A DNA stretch of 62,962 nucleotides from an uncultured bacterium (GTDB lineage Bacteria > Patescibacteriota > Minisyncoccia > Phycocordibacterales > Phycocordibacteraceae). The stretch covers positions 1-62,962 of the forward strand of contig CAJEYI010000001.1 in assembly GCA_903994795.1 (NCBI GenBank), written 5' to 3'. Below the pieces are notes generated by a model. The model worked only from the letters and a program-made list of their open reading frames with translations. It had not been told where the DNA came from and did no database searches. The translations under genes and the position numbers were made by a program. Shown here one piece after another: positions 46,799-55,696 of the stretch (the stretch's first letter is position 1; each line of letters opens with the position of its first letter).

Positions 46799-46993
46799 AT
46801 GGAAGTTCTTTCGGAGCTGGGTGCCTTGTACATCAATCTGGCGACGCGCTGGAACGAGTTCGCCGACAGGCACACTGTCGAAATAACGGTGTGCCTTGGC
46901 GAGCTCGCGCAAGCGGCTCTCGCTGGGTTCTTGTGGTATTGCCACAAGAACCCTTGCCGTACCGTCAACCGCCGCCCGTATCATCATCAGTAG
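46799..46993 (+). CDS. 64-aa small protein in a GC-rich mini-cassette
   Basis: TTGACA(46723)-N17-TAATAT, GGAGGA SD before ATG 46799, terminator CCGCCGACAAGG/CCTTGTCGGCGG at 47043-47071. Confidence 0.5.
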   Translation: MEVLSELGALYINLATRWNEFADRHTVEITVCLGELAQAALAGFLWYCHKNPCRTVNRRPYHHQ

Positions 46994-47132
46994 TCGCGCA
47001 CTCGTCGCCGGTCTTACTGAAGCCCCGGCTCTCTGAAGTCAACCGCCGACAAGGTCTAACCTTGTCGGCGGGTTTCATTTTGTTATTGAAAGTTATGCGA
47101 ATATGTTGAAATTTTTGGTATATGATGAACTT

Positions 47133-48059
47133 ATGAGATTCAACAGTCCAGAAGGATTTAAAAAACTACAAGAAACAAAACCAATTCGAAAGACTGAAAC
47201 AAAAACAGTATTCGAAACCGATGCACATGGTGGCCCTGTGATCGAAGTTCTTGGTCCTAGACCCAAAGCATATTCGTTTCAAGTAGATACTAGCTATGAA
47301 AAGAAAACGCTACAAAGTCTAAAGGGAACTTTTTACTTAACTAAGATACTGCATTTACTAAGACCAGGCAGTGTGCCGGACATTAGGCAGTCCGGTGAAA
47401 CAAGAGAGGGTGAGCAGATTATTGATCGGGAATCGTATACGCGCAAGAAAATAAAAAAAATAGGCATAGCTGGAAAAGTACATGAAGAGATGCGCGATAT
47501 TGGCTTAGGTAATGCACTTGCACATAAGCCAGAGAATTATAACGAAAATGGTGACGGAAGTATTTCCTATTTAGAGGAGTTTGAACCATGGATAATTAAT
47601 CCAGAAACAAGGACAGTGGAATGGAACTTTGATAGAGATTCACTAATAGCAGCTATAGATGCAGTACAAGACCCTGAAGCGCAGACGAGGTGTAGGACTT
47701 TTTTTGAAAGACTTGAAATCCTGCATAACGAAGCACAAGAAAGTTTTGCCGATGCAGAGATTGCTCGGACTAAAGAAGCTCAAGAGCTTACGGAAAGGCT
47801 TGAGAGAATAATGGACGAATTTGAAAAAAAACACGATCTCGATTTGCTATTAAATATTAAGACTAAGGAAGAAGCAGAAGCGAGTAAGGAAAGAGTTGCT
47901 GCGCATGAGGACTTTAAAGCCATAGAACCAATCTTAAGATTGTTAGTTGTTCCGTATATTTCTGATGAAAAAATGCAGGAATTAACGGCCAGGAAACTTA
48001 TGTTTTCGAATGCAATTGGGGGCATAAATAATATAACTGGTTTAATGAACCGTAGATAA
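47133..48059 (+). CDS. hypothetical protein
   Basis: long Glu/Lys-rich ORF; TATGAT 6 nt upstream of ATG 47133. Confidence 0.7.
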   Translation: MRFNSPEGFKKLQETKPIRKTETKTVFETDAHGGPVIEVLGPRPKAYSFQVDTSYEKKTLQSLKGTFYLTKILHLLRPGSVPDIRQSGETREGEQIIDRESYTRKKIKKIGIAGKVHEEMRDIGLGNALAHKPENYNENGDGSISYLEEFEPWIINPETRTVEWNFDRDSLIAAIDAVQDPEAQTRCRTFFERLEILHNEAQESFADAEIARTKEAQELTERLERIMDEFEKKHDLDLLLNIKTKEEAEASKERVAAHEDFKAIEPILRLLVVPYISDEKMQELTARKLMFSNAIGGINNITGLMNRR

Positions 48060-48098
48060 AGTCACAAACGATACTATTAGTTTTGATATACTAGAATT

Positions 48099-48716
48099 AT
48101 GGAAAAGAATATCGAAGTCGAAATACGGGGACTACTTACACCAGAGGAATACTCGAAGCTGAAATCCTTTCTTGATAAAGAGGGTGAAAAGACAGAGGAA
48201 AAAGATAGAATTTTAATTGACTACTCCACATTTCTTCCTGGGGGAGTTGAGGAACGCAAGAAAGATATTCGATTGAGGGTCACGAATGGCGTGCCAGAAA
48301 TTGTGGTTAAGCTTGGGGAATGGGGCGGAACAGAGCAACGCAAAGAGCTGTCAGTTAAAACAGCGCCAGGAACATTCGACACACTGACTGAAATTTTTGA
48401 AGCACTAGGGTACGAGAAAGGGGTGCTAGCAGTACGCAAAAGTCAGGTATATATGTACAAAGATATAGAGTTTGCTCTCGTAGAGGTGCCTGGTCACAGT
48501 TATTACTTCGAAGCAGAAAAAATGGCACATGCTGAGGAAAACGCAGATGAATTACTTGAGGAGATGCAGGCCGTCTGTAAAGAATTGGGACTCTCAGTTT
48601 TTTCAAAAGAGGAATTCTTTGCGTATGTTCAAAAATTAAACAAAGAAGCGAACGGAGTATTCGATGCTTCTATGGCTGAGCCGGACTATTTCAAAAAGAA
48701 TTATGGTCTTGAGTAA
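48099..48716 (+). CDS. CYTH domain protein (class IV adenylate cyclase-like)
   Basis: IEVEIR (ExExK-like), IRLR, K..RKE, YFEAE. Confidence 0.85.
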   Translation: MEKNIEVEIRGLLTPEEYSKLKSFLDKEGEKTEEKDRILIDYSTFLPGGVEERKKDIRLRVTNGVPEIVVKLGEWGGTEQRKELSVKTAPGTFDTLTEIFEALGYEKGVLAVRKSQVYMYKDIEFALVEVPGHSYYFEAEKMAHAEENADELLEEMQAVCKELGLSVFSKEEFFAYVQKLNKEANGVFDASMAEPDYFKKNYGLE

Positions 48717-48824
48717 AATGTACGTGAATTTACTCTTCGCGATAGATACGTACATTATTTAAATAATATGAAAACCCGCCGCGGTCCGGGGACAACGGCG
48801 GGCGCTTCCAGAGTGGAAGATTTC

Positions 48825-48986
48825 TCAGGGCCTGCGGACTGACCGCGGGAAGAGCCTGGACTCGACCCAGTCGTAGGCGCGCTCGCCGACGAGGCACGTT
48901 GAGAGACACAGGCAGGAGGAGATCAGAGCGAAGCTCACTCCCGCCACAATCCTATGGGCGGCGGCCCACGTATCGAAATCACTCAT
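48825..48986 (-). CDS. 53-aa hydrophobic protein in a GC-rich mini-cassette (below ORF-track cutoff)
   Basis: MSDFDTWAAAHRIVAGVSFALISSCLCLSTCLVGERAYDWVESRLFPRSVRRP; GAGGA SD; TTGACA(49060)-N17-TAATAT; terminator 48775-48802. Confidence 0.5.
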   Translation of the reverse strand: MSDFDTWAAAHRIVAGVSFALISSCLCLSTCLVGERAYDWVESRLFPRSVRRP

Positions 48987-49088
48987 CGTCTGTCCTCAAT
49001 TGAGTCACGCGGGATGCAGTGACTTCATGCTATATTATACATATTTCAGTATATTGTCAAGTACACTGTTTAGTATTAATATATACAG

Positions 49089-49295
49089 ATGGCAACATAC
49101 TCCCGGCAATTTATAAACGATAAAGGTGAGTCAGTCTCTGTGCTTGTAGGGGATGATGACCGAAATGGAGTGAAGGGTGTGAGAATCTATGTGACGGCTC
49201 CAGACGAAGATTCAGAGATATTTGTTTCACGACAAGAGGCAGTTGAGGTGCTTGAAGGGCTTTCTAGGATAATGCGCACCAAGAATCCTCGCTAG
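49089..49295 (+). CDS. small hypothetical protein
   Basis: 68-aa ORF; TAATAT 6 nt upstream of ATG. Confidence 0.55.
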   Translation: MATYSRQFINDKGESVSVLVGDDDRNGVKGVRIYVTAPDEDSEIFVSRQEAVEVLEGLSRIMRTKNPR

Positions 49296-49298
49296 TTG

Positions 49299-49760
49299 CT
49301 ATAGAGGGAGAAATTCGATTCGCTCAAAGTCCGCCGCGCGTTGTTTGTAGTATACGTTTGCACGGAACTCCTCACCTGCTACTGCTTTGGAGAACCATTC
49401 TCGATCTGACTCGAGCATGCGATCAAGAGGAAGTGCGTCAATAGGAAACCATTCAGGAATCATATCGACTGTTTCAGTTGGTGTGCCGGTGAATTCATGT
49501 GTGAGATATACGTGCACTTCAAAGTCTGGCTCGCCTGCTGCAAAGAATGTAATTATGGAGATGAGCTTGAGGCTCTCAGGATGGAGTGTAATACCAAGCT
49601 CTTCGTCAGTCTCTCGAATAACACATTCAACTGTAGTCTCGCCTGGTTCGACTTTTCCACCTGGACCGTTATAGGTTTGGGTACCAATCTCACCTTTTTT
49701 CTTAAGACCCAGCAAGACTTTGTCTTGCTGGCGAATAATTGCAAGTGTTGCGACTTTCAT
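49299..49760 (-). CDS. NUDIX hydrolase (8-oxo-dGTPase MTH1/MutT-like)
   Basis: Nudix box GGKVEPGETTVECVIRETDEELG, M.PEWF, M..SD..W. Confidence 0.88.
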   Translation of the reverse strand: MKVATLAIIRQQDKVLLGLKKKGEIGTQTYNGPGGKVEPGETTVECVIRETDEELGITLHPESLKLISIITFFAAGEPDFEVHVYLTHEFTGTPTETVDMIPEWFPIDALPLDRMLESDREWFSKAVAGEEFRANVYYKQRAADFERIEFLPL

Positions 49761-49816
49761 ATGTCTAATAGTATAGCAACGAATTGCGTTGGGATTTGGT
49801 GTGGTAAATTTAAGAG

Positions 49817-51217
49817 ATGTCACTACGTCTCACTTGCTACGGCGCTGCCGAAACTGTAACTGGTTCTAATTTCTTAGTGGAAGGTCCCAAAGGAAAGATT
49901 CTTATAGATTGTGGTATTGAGCAGGGAAGGGACTTTGTGGAGTCAGAAATGTATAAGCCGTTTGCGTATGATGTTCCTTCAATAGACGCACTCGTCATAA
50001 CGCATGCACACCTCGACCACATTGGTCGCGCACCGAAACTCATAAATGAAGGCTTTAAGGGTCGAGTGTTCACAACAGCTCCAACACGAGACCTCACCGA
50101 AATAATGCTTCGTGATACCGTGAAGATATTGGCGGAGACTGCTAGAGAGCACGGCCTCCCACTTCTCTATACAGATGACGACGTAACCAAGTTCCTTGAG
50201 AAGATTGAGGTCATTGCATATCACGAAGAAAAAGAAGTTGCTCCAGGGCTCTCAATCTTCTTGCGTCAGACCGGTCACATACTTGGTTCTGCAAGCGTGC
50301 GCATAAAAGATTTATCTGACGATACATCCCTCGCTCTCACTGGAGACATTGGAAATATGCCATCGCCATATCTTCCTGACTGGGAAGCGATCACTGATGC
50401 AGATGCGGTGCTTATGGAAAGTGTGTATGGAGACAGGGTAAATGCGGATAAGGAGGATCGTGTCGCGCTTTTGCGCGACACGATCAAGAAGTCCGTCGCT
50501 CGCGGCGGCGTCATTCTCATACCAGCATTCTCTATTGAGCGCACTCAGCTCATGCTCTACGAATTTTCAAAGTTAATGGAAGAAGGTGAGATTCCTCATG
50601 TGCCGGTGTATCTTGACTCACCACTCGCCATTAAAGCTACAGAAGTATATGAGAAGTGGGGGAGCGAATTCTTCAAGTCTGCTGCAGAAGAAGAGTTGCA
50701 CCGACGACATGATCTATTTAAATTCCCATTTCTCATGGAGACCCCTTCACGCCAGGATTCTGAGGAAATTGCAAAAGCACCTAATCCTAAAATCATTATG
50801 GCTGGCGCTGGCATGTCGCATGGTGGCCGTATCGGACATTGGGAGCAAAAATACCTTCCAGACCCAACGACCACACTTATCATTGTGGGCTATCAGGCTC
50901 CAGGAAGCCCTGGACGCTTGCTTCAGGATGGTGCGCCCCATGTACGTCTCGGAGGTGTAGATGTGCGTGTACGAGCCAAAATAGAGACTTTTGTGGGGTG
51001 GTCAGCACACGCAGACAGAGACGGATTACTTGATTTTGCAAAAGCGGCACTCCCAGAGTCAGGAGGACGCACGAAGAACTTCTTCGTGGCACTCGGCGAG
51101 CCGTCCTCGGCTCGCTTCCTCGCGCAGCGAATTCATGATTATCTAGGCACGAATGCCATAGTGCCCACACAGGGAGAAAGCTTTGAGATCACAAAAGATA
51201 AGATTAAGCGACTATAA
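49817..51217 (+). CDS. MBL-fold beta-CASP ribonuclease (YSH1-like)
   Basis: THAHLDHIG, GHILGS, TGD, MESVYG, GMSHGGR, VGYQ, SAHAD. Confidence 0.9.
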   Translation: MSLRLTCYGAAETVTGSNFLVEGPKGKILIDCGIEQGRDFVESEMYKPFAYDVPSIDALVITHAHLDHIGRAPKLINEGFKGRVFTTAPTRDLTEIMLRDTVKILAETAREHGLPLLYTDDDVTKFLEKIEVIAYHEEKEVAPGLSIFLRQTGHILGSASVRIKDLSDDTSLALTGDIGNMPSPYLPDWEAITDADAVLMESVYGDRVNADKEDRVALLRDTIKKSVARGGVILIPAFSIERTQLMLYEFSKLMEEGEIPHVPVYLDSPLAIKATEVYEKWGSEFFKSAAEEELHRRHDLFKFPFLMETPSRQDSEEIAKAPNPKIIMAGAGMSHGGRIGHWEQKYLPDPTTTLIIVGYQAPGSPGRLLQDGAPHVRLGGVDVRVRAKIETFVGWSAHADRDGLLDFAKAALPESGGRTKNFFVALGEPSSARFLAQRIHDYLGTNAIVPTQGESFEITKDKIKRL

Positions 51218-51608
51218 ATCGTGATTCGAAGTGCTCTTCCAGTGTCATTAGGTCATCTTTGGTTGCATAGTTTTCTTCTATAATATCGAGCTTTTCTTCA
51301 ACGACATTGATTTTATTTTCAATAACGTCGACCTTGTTCTCAATTACGGTAACCTTTCGCTCTATAGCGTCAACTTTTTTCTCTACAGTATCAACCTTGT
51401 CCTCAAGTACGTCGAGTCTATCTTCGACAACTTGGAAGTTTGCAGTTACTTCTGCAAAGCCTCGCGCAGTTATGGCTGCGAGTTCGTCTATCTTTTCGTC
51501 AATTTTTTGATCTACCTGATCAAATCGTACGTTCATTTCCGTACTTAGTGCGCTGAGTTTGTTATCAATATTCCCAATTTGTTCGCTTAATGTTTCTAGT
51601 GTCATCAT
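51204..51608 (-). CDS. heptad-repeat coiled-coil protein (paralog of 33298-33780)
   Basis: IDELAAITARGFAEV then VEDRLDV LEDKVDT VEKKVDA IERKVTV IENKVDV IENKINV, ATKDDL. Confidence 0.75.
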   Translation of the reverse strand: MMTLETLSEQIGNIDNKLSALSTEMNVRFDQVDQKIDEKIDELAAITARGFAEVTANFQVVEDRLDVLEDKVDTVEKKVDAIERKVTVIENKVDVIENKINVVEEKLDIIEENYATKDDLMTLEEHFESRFIVA

Positions 51609-51743
51609 GTTGTTAGTAGTATCGTCTTAAATAAAAGTCGGGTCAAGCACTCGTGAAAGTATATAAATTTCATGCTGAAGAATACCTCAAGGAGTTCTAA
51701 AATATTTCTGAGTTTTGCTAGAAAGGAAGGGAAGCAGTGTTCA

Positions 51744-51810
51744 GGGCGAAAGCATAAAAGAAAAAATCCCGTCAGAATTTAGAGGGATTTTTTCTTTTAT
51801 GCTTTCGCCC
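51744..51810 (-). terminator. 27-bp perfect hairpin with conserved loop TCTAAATTCTGAC on the minus strand (copy 3)
   Basis: GGGCGAAAGCATAAAAGAAAAAATCCC-gtcagaatttaga-GGGATTTTTTCTTTTATGCTTTCGCCC. Confidence 0.85.
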
Positions 51811-51824
51811 GTTCACTCGTTACT

Positions 51825-52175
51825 TTACGCTTCTACCTGCTTCGCAATTCTTGTGAAAATCTCTGGGTGCATCTGTGCGAATTCAGAAAGTACCTTTCGG
51901 TCGAGTTCCATTTCCTTTTTCTTCATGTTTGCAATGAATGTGCTGTATGACTTGAAACCATTCTCACGAATAGCAGCATTGAGACGTACGATCCAGAGGG
52001 ATCGGTAGTTGCTCTTATTATCTTTGCGGTGAGCAAAGGAGTTCTTTCCCGCGTGTACGAGGGACTCTTTCGCTGCTCGCTCTTTAGTTGAGCGACCATG
52101 ACGATATCCCTTCGCGCGCTTGAGAACGCTGCGACGTCGTTTTAGTGAGATGACTCCTCCTTTTACTCGTGACAT
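51825..52175 (-). CDS. rplT: 50S ribosomal protein bL20
   Basis: MSRVK, AKGY, RSLWIVRLNAA, LDRKVLSE. Confidence 0.96.
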   Translation of the reverse strand: MSRVKGGVISLKRRRSVLKRAKGYRHGRSTKERAAKESLVHAGKNSFAHRKDNKSNYRSLWIVRLNAAIRENGFKSYSTFIANMKKKEMELDRKVLSEFAQMHPEIFTRIAKQVEA

Positions 52176-52199
52176 ACAAAATTGCTAAAGATTAATAAG

Positions 52200-52421
52200 T
52201 TATGCTGCAGGCTGTGTGCCGGAAATCTTCTTGCCACCATTTCCAGGAAGGAAACGTCGCATGATAGCTGTGGTGACGTTAAGGCGCTGCATGCCACCTT
52301 TGTTGTGCTTCTCGCTACCAGACTCAAGGGCGTTGTAGTGATCCTGACCAGGGCGGCGTGACATAAGCTTCCCATTTCGGGTAACTCGGATGCGCTTGCT
52401 GTATGCTTTGTTTGTTTTCAT
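52200..52421 (-). CDS. rpmI: 50S ribosomal protein bL35
   Basis: MKTNKAYSKRIRVTRNGK..H; position between infC and rplT. Confidence 0.88.
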   Translation of the reverse strand: MKTNKAYSKRIRVTRNGKLMSRRPGQDHYNALESGSEKHNKGGMQRLNVTTAIMRRFLPGNGGKKISGTQPAA

Positions 52422-52426
52422 AAGGG

Positions 52427-53011
52427 TTATTGTTCAGGATTTACTTCTACGGTTGCTGGTTTTGGAGCGGAAGCGTTAGTTGCAGCTTTCGGATCTCGTT
52501 CGAGAATCGCAGCGAAGCCTTTCGGAGCTTTGGTAATTGGCTCGGCAATTCGGTACGGATAGGGGATAAGAAGCATGAATTTCTCGAGGCGAGCCTTGAG
52601 AAAAGCTTCTTCCATTCCCTTATAGCGGCCCTTGAGGAAGAGCTCCATACGTACTCGGTGCCCATCAGCAAGCCATTCGGCAGCTTTCTTGGCTTTGAGA
52701 CGCATATCATTCTCTCCAGTGCCCACTTTTATCTGTACTTCCTTGGTTTCTGAGACTTTTGCCTTCGCTCGGGCAGCACTTTCCTTTTTCTTCTGCTCGT
52801 ACTGAAATTTACCATAATCCATGATTTTCGCAACGGGGGGCACGGCATTTGGTGATATTTCGATCAAATCTAGCTCAACTGCCTGGGCAGCCTTAAGCGC
52901 ATCGGCAAATGACAATACGCCAAGGTTTTCACCTTGTGCACCGATGACGCGCAGCTCCGCTGCGCGTATTTCCTTATTAATTCTGACTTTCTCGGTTGTA
53001 CTCAAAGCAAT
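52427..53011 (-). CDS. infC: translation initiation factor IF-3 (probable ATT start at 53011)
   Basis: RINKEI, LDLIEI, PPVAKIMDYGKFQYE; in-frame ATT two codons above the TTG, with AAGGA upstream. Confidence 0.95.
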   Translation of the reverse strand: MALSTTEKVRINKEIRAAELRVIGAQGENLGVLSFADALKAAQAVELDLIEISPNAVPPVAKIMDYGKFQYEQKKKESAARAKAKVSETKEVQIKVGTGENDMRLKAKKAAEWLADGHRVRMELFLKGRYKGMEEAFLKARLEKFMLLIPYPYRIAEPITKAPKGFAAILERDPKAATNASAPKPATVEVNPEQ

Positions 53012-53139
53012 TTGGTTCCTTATACTGTACCACGTGAATGCTTAAGTCGCAATGAATTTACTACTCGTTTGCTGATTATACTGGAGGTCCTACACCTTCA
53101 TTAGAGTAAGTATGAATTTTTTCATGATAAATTTATCTA

Positions 53140-53961
53140 ATGATAAGAATATTTTTCTATATAAGTTTATGTATTGGCATTTTGTCAGTTCTCGCAATGT
53201 GTTACTTTCAATCTGCTGCATATGGAATTTCTCACCCACAGTTCTTCAGTGGCATCCAAGAACTTTTGTTAGCCTTTTTCATATTTGGAATAATGACTGT
53301 GTGGTGGGTTATTTATTTTGCAATTACAAAGGACTGGAAACAGTTATGGGTTCCACTCATTTTAATTTTTATCATAGTTGGTGCTGAAGTTAATTTTCGC
53401 ATACGAGCAGCAATTTTCGAGAATAATTACCAAACATCTCTGGATACGTGGTTTGCCACAACGCGTCTTCTAAATTTTGAGTCAAAGAATCTCGGTATAT
53501 CTTTTCAGTATCTTTCGAGCACTCCATTTGGAGGAGTTGTGTCAGTAAAAGAGGAGGGAGATACGATATTTGTTGGAGATACGGTTTCCAAAACTTCAGA
53601 TGGAGGTGCCATAAAGGTTTTCAGTAAAGATCCATCCTTGACTCTCCTTGAGTACCTAAATAAGAAATATAAAAGTAACTACCCATCATGCATATTTACA
53701 GACATATCTTCGAGTACCTCAACCAATTCGATGGTTGACATGGATAGAGAGCTTGGTGTGGGTGGAGATTATTTGTGTCCAATAATAGGTATCGAAGTTC
53801 CTCATCTTGCCTCAAGCTATAATTTCTTTATATCAAGCAAAACGCATTTAGATAAATATGCATTTGTATCTATTCCTGATGATCCAGTCGCTGGAGTTCA
53901 GCCTAAAGATCGATTAGATAGTGGAGATAAAAAGTGGTTTCAAACTATTGCTTTTCATTAA
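53140..53961 (+). CDS. hypothetical membrane protein with three N-terminal TM segments and an extracellular domain
   Basis: AT-rich 273-aa ORF with a hydrophobic N-terminus. Confidence 0.7.
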   Translation: MIRIFFYISLCIGILSVLAMCYFQSAAYGISHPQFFSGIQELLLAFFIFGIMTVWWVIYFAITKDWKQLWVPLILIFIIVGAEVNFRIRAAIFENNYQTSLDTWFATTRLLNFESKNLGISFQYLSSTPFGGVVSVKEEGDTIFVGDTVSKTSDGGAIKVFSKDPSLTLLEYLNKKYKSNYPSCIFTDISSSTSTNSMVDMDRELGVGGDYLCPIIGIEVPHLASSYNFFISSKTHLDKYAFVSIPDDPVAGVQPKDRLDSGDKKWFQTIAFH

Positions 53962-54015
53962 ATTCTTAAGCATATACTCAAAGAGTATATAAGTTAGAGT
54001 GATAATTATTCTACG

Positions 54016-54870
54016 TTAATTACAAAGCACTGGCTCTGTACCATGTGGTAGCTTCTGTGCAAACCACTTCTGTACTTCAATCTGTCCACCAAGCTCGTCA
54101 ATAAGTCCTGTACCAATTGCGAGCGCGCCAGTTAGCGACCTGCCATCAGCAAATGCCTTAACGGCATCGGGTGACATGTGCCTATTTGCTGCAATTTCTT
54201 TAATTAGTGTTTGATATTCATCATCTACGTTTTTCTGAAGGTACGCCTTGCCCGCGGGTGTGAGTGGTGCGTTTGGATTACCGACATCTTTGTAGGTCCC
54301 TGCTGAAATTTGTTGAAACTTTGAACCGCTCTGTGTGTTACTTCCAGACTGATCAAGATATGAGCCTGTTACTCCTATGTCCGCAACATCAGAAAATGCC
54401 GAAGCAATAATTGCTGTTGCGCCAGTTGATGCAAGGTATGCTGCAGAGTCACCTGAGTCAGTTATCCAGGCGACTGAGGGTTTGCCAAGAGTAGTGAGAG
54501 CATTTGCAATCATCTCGCCTCCAGCTGGAGAACCGCCTGGCGAATCAACACGGAGCGCAATACCTACTATTGAAGGATCATTCTTTGCTCGCTCAAGAGA
54601 TGCAAGAATTGCCTCGCCAGAACTGTTTGCGGTGCTGTCGTATTGAGTCTGTGCATCTGCGTCTGCTTGAGTTGCCCAAAGTTGGCCCGTGAGTGGAATG
54701 ACTGCAATATTACAGTAGGCACCGGTGGCTGTTTGGTAGGGAAGGCCTTCGTATGGAATGTCGTTTGCGCGCTGGAGGAGGTAGTCACCGACCAAGTATG
54801 TAATACATCCGGTAATGCCAAGAAGCACAGTTCCCACGAATAATAATTGAAGTGATGTCAGGAATTTCAT
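54016..54870 (-). CDS. sppA: S49 family signal peptide peptidase (SppA-like)
   Basis: N-terminal TM, RVDSPGGS, SAAY, IGV, AGTYKD, GLIDELG. Confidence 0.88.
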   Translation of the reverse strand: MKFLTSLQLLFVGTVLLGITGCITYLVGDYLLQRANDIPYEGLPYQTATGAYCNIAVIPLTGQLWATQADADAQTQYDSTANSSGEAILASLERAKNDPSIVGIALRVDSPGGSPAGGEMIANALTTLGKPSVAWITDSGDSAAYLASTGATAIIASAFSDVADIGVTGSYLDQSGSNTQSGSKFQQISAGTYKDVGNPNAPLTPAGKAYLQKNVDDEYQTLIKEIAANRHMSPDAVKAFADGRSLTGALAIGTGLIDELGGQIEVQKWFAQKLPHGTEPVLCN

Positions 54871-54923
54871 CGGTATATTATAACAAAGCTAGTTCATATT
54901 TATTGGAAAACGTATAGAAAAGT

Positions 54924-55016
54924 GAAAATGCCCCGCGGGGCATTTTCAGGTAGCTTGTGCTTCGGTGAAGGAGAACTCCACTTACTCGGTTGAGCTCCAC
55001 ACAAGACTTACACCTA
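54924..55016 (-). ncRNA. candidate DUF3800-associated structured RNA
   Basis: TTGACT(55051)-N16-TAAAAT just after the DUF3800 stop; AGGT/ACCT and CTTGTG/CACAAG closing stems with inner hairpins; palindromic terminator GAAAATGCCCCGCGGGGCATTTTC. Confidence 0.55.
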
Positions 55017-55070
55017 ATATAGAATTTTAGGGCTTCTGAACTGAAAGTCAAATGGATAAATTTTAGAGAG

Positions 55071-55682
55071 TTAGCTTCCGAATTTTCCAGCAGGAAATTT
55101 AATTGAATCTTTTACTTTCAAGAGATTATAGAGATGGTCTTTGTCTTGCATATATTTACTAAAAATAGTATTTGCAATAAGGTCAGCAACTTGAATTGCC
55201 CGGCATGCTTTAGAGTCTAGGTATTGGAGACTTATTGGGTTCCTTACACCCCAATCAAAATAAGCTTTGGCTTTTATATAGTCCCCAAGAGAGTTTCGTG
55301 AACCAACACGTGTCGAGTGATTGTCAGTAATAATGTTTAGACTTTCAGTTGATGATTTGGCAATCGGTTCGATTACCCATTGATAGATGTAGTTATAAAG
55401 CAGGTTCTTATCATTAAAAAGAATTGGATCAATATGATTTTTATCAGCAACGACATAACTTATTGAATAATCTTGAACTGAGCCTATTTTTCTTAAAAGA
55501 GTTTCTTTTGCAGGAAATGTAAGGTTATAAGCTTTAATTTCAACAGTTCCATTATCAGCACAGTGATGCTTAACAATATTATCAAGCCTCTTTTTATTAT
55601 CTGGCGATATAGCAGCAATTACAAAATATCTGCTGCCCTTTTGTCCCAAATCTCCTGATTCGTCAATAAAAATACTCGCCAT
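55071..55682 (-). CDS. DUF3800 domain protein
   Basis: N-terminal IFIDESG, EIK, and C-terminal IQVADLIA (DE and QxxD signature). Confidence 0.85.
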   Translation of the reverse strand: MASIFIDESGDLGQKGSRYFVIAAISPDNKKRLDNIVKHHCADNGTVEIKAYNLTFPAKETLLRKIGSVQDYSISYVVADKNHIDPILFNDKNLLYNYIYQWVIEPIAKSSTESLNIITDNHSTRVGSRNSLGDYIKAKAYFDWGVRNPISLQYLDSKACRAIQVADLIANTIFSKYMQDKDHLYNLLKVKDSIKFPAGKFGS

Positions 55683-55696
55683 ACTCTAAGAAGGTT

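Noticed and set aside
51250..51430. 21-nt periodicity suggesting a tandem DNA repeat or array
   Set aside because: Degenerate at the DNA level and explained by coiled-coil heptads
51722..51740. AAGGAAGGGAAGCAG resembling the SRP RNA core
   Set aside because: No SRP helix 8 pairing around it. It is the flank of the rplT hairpin
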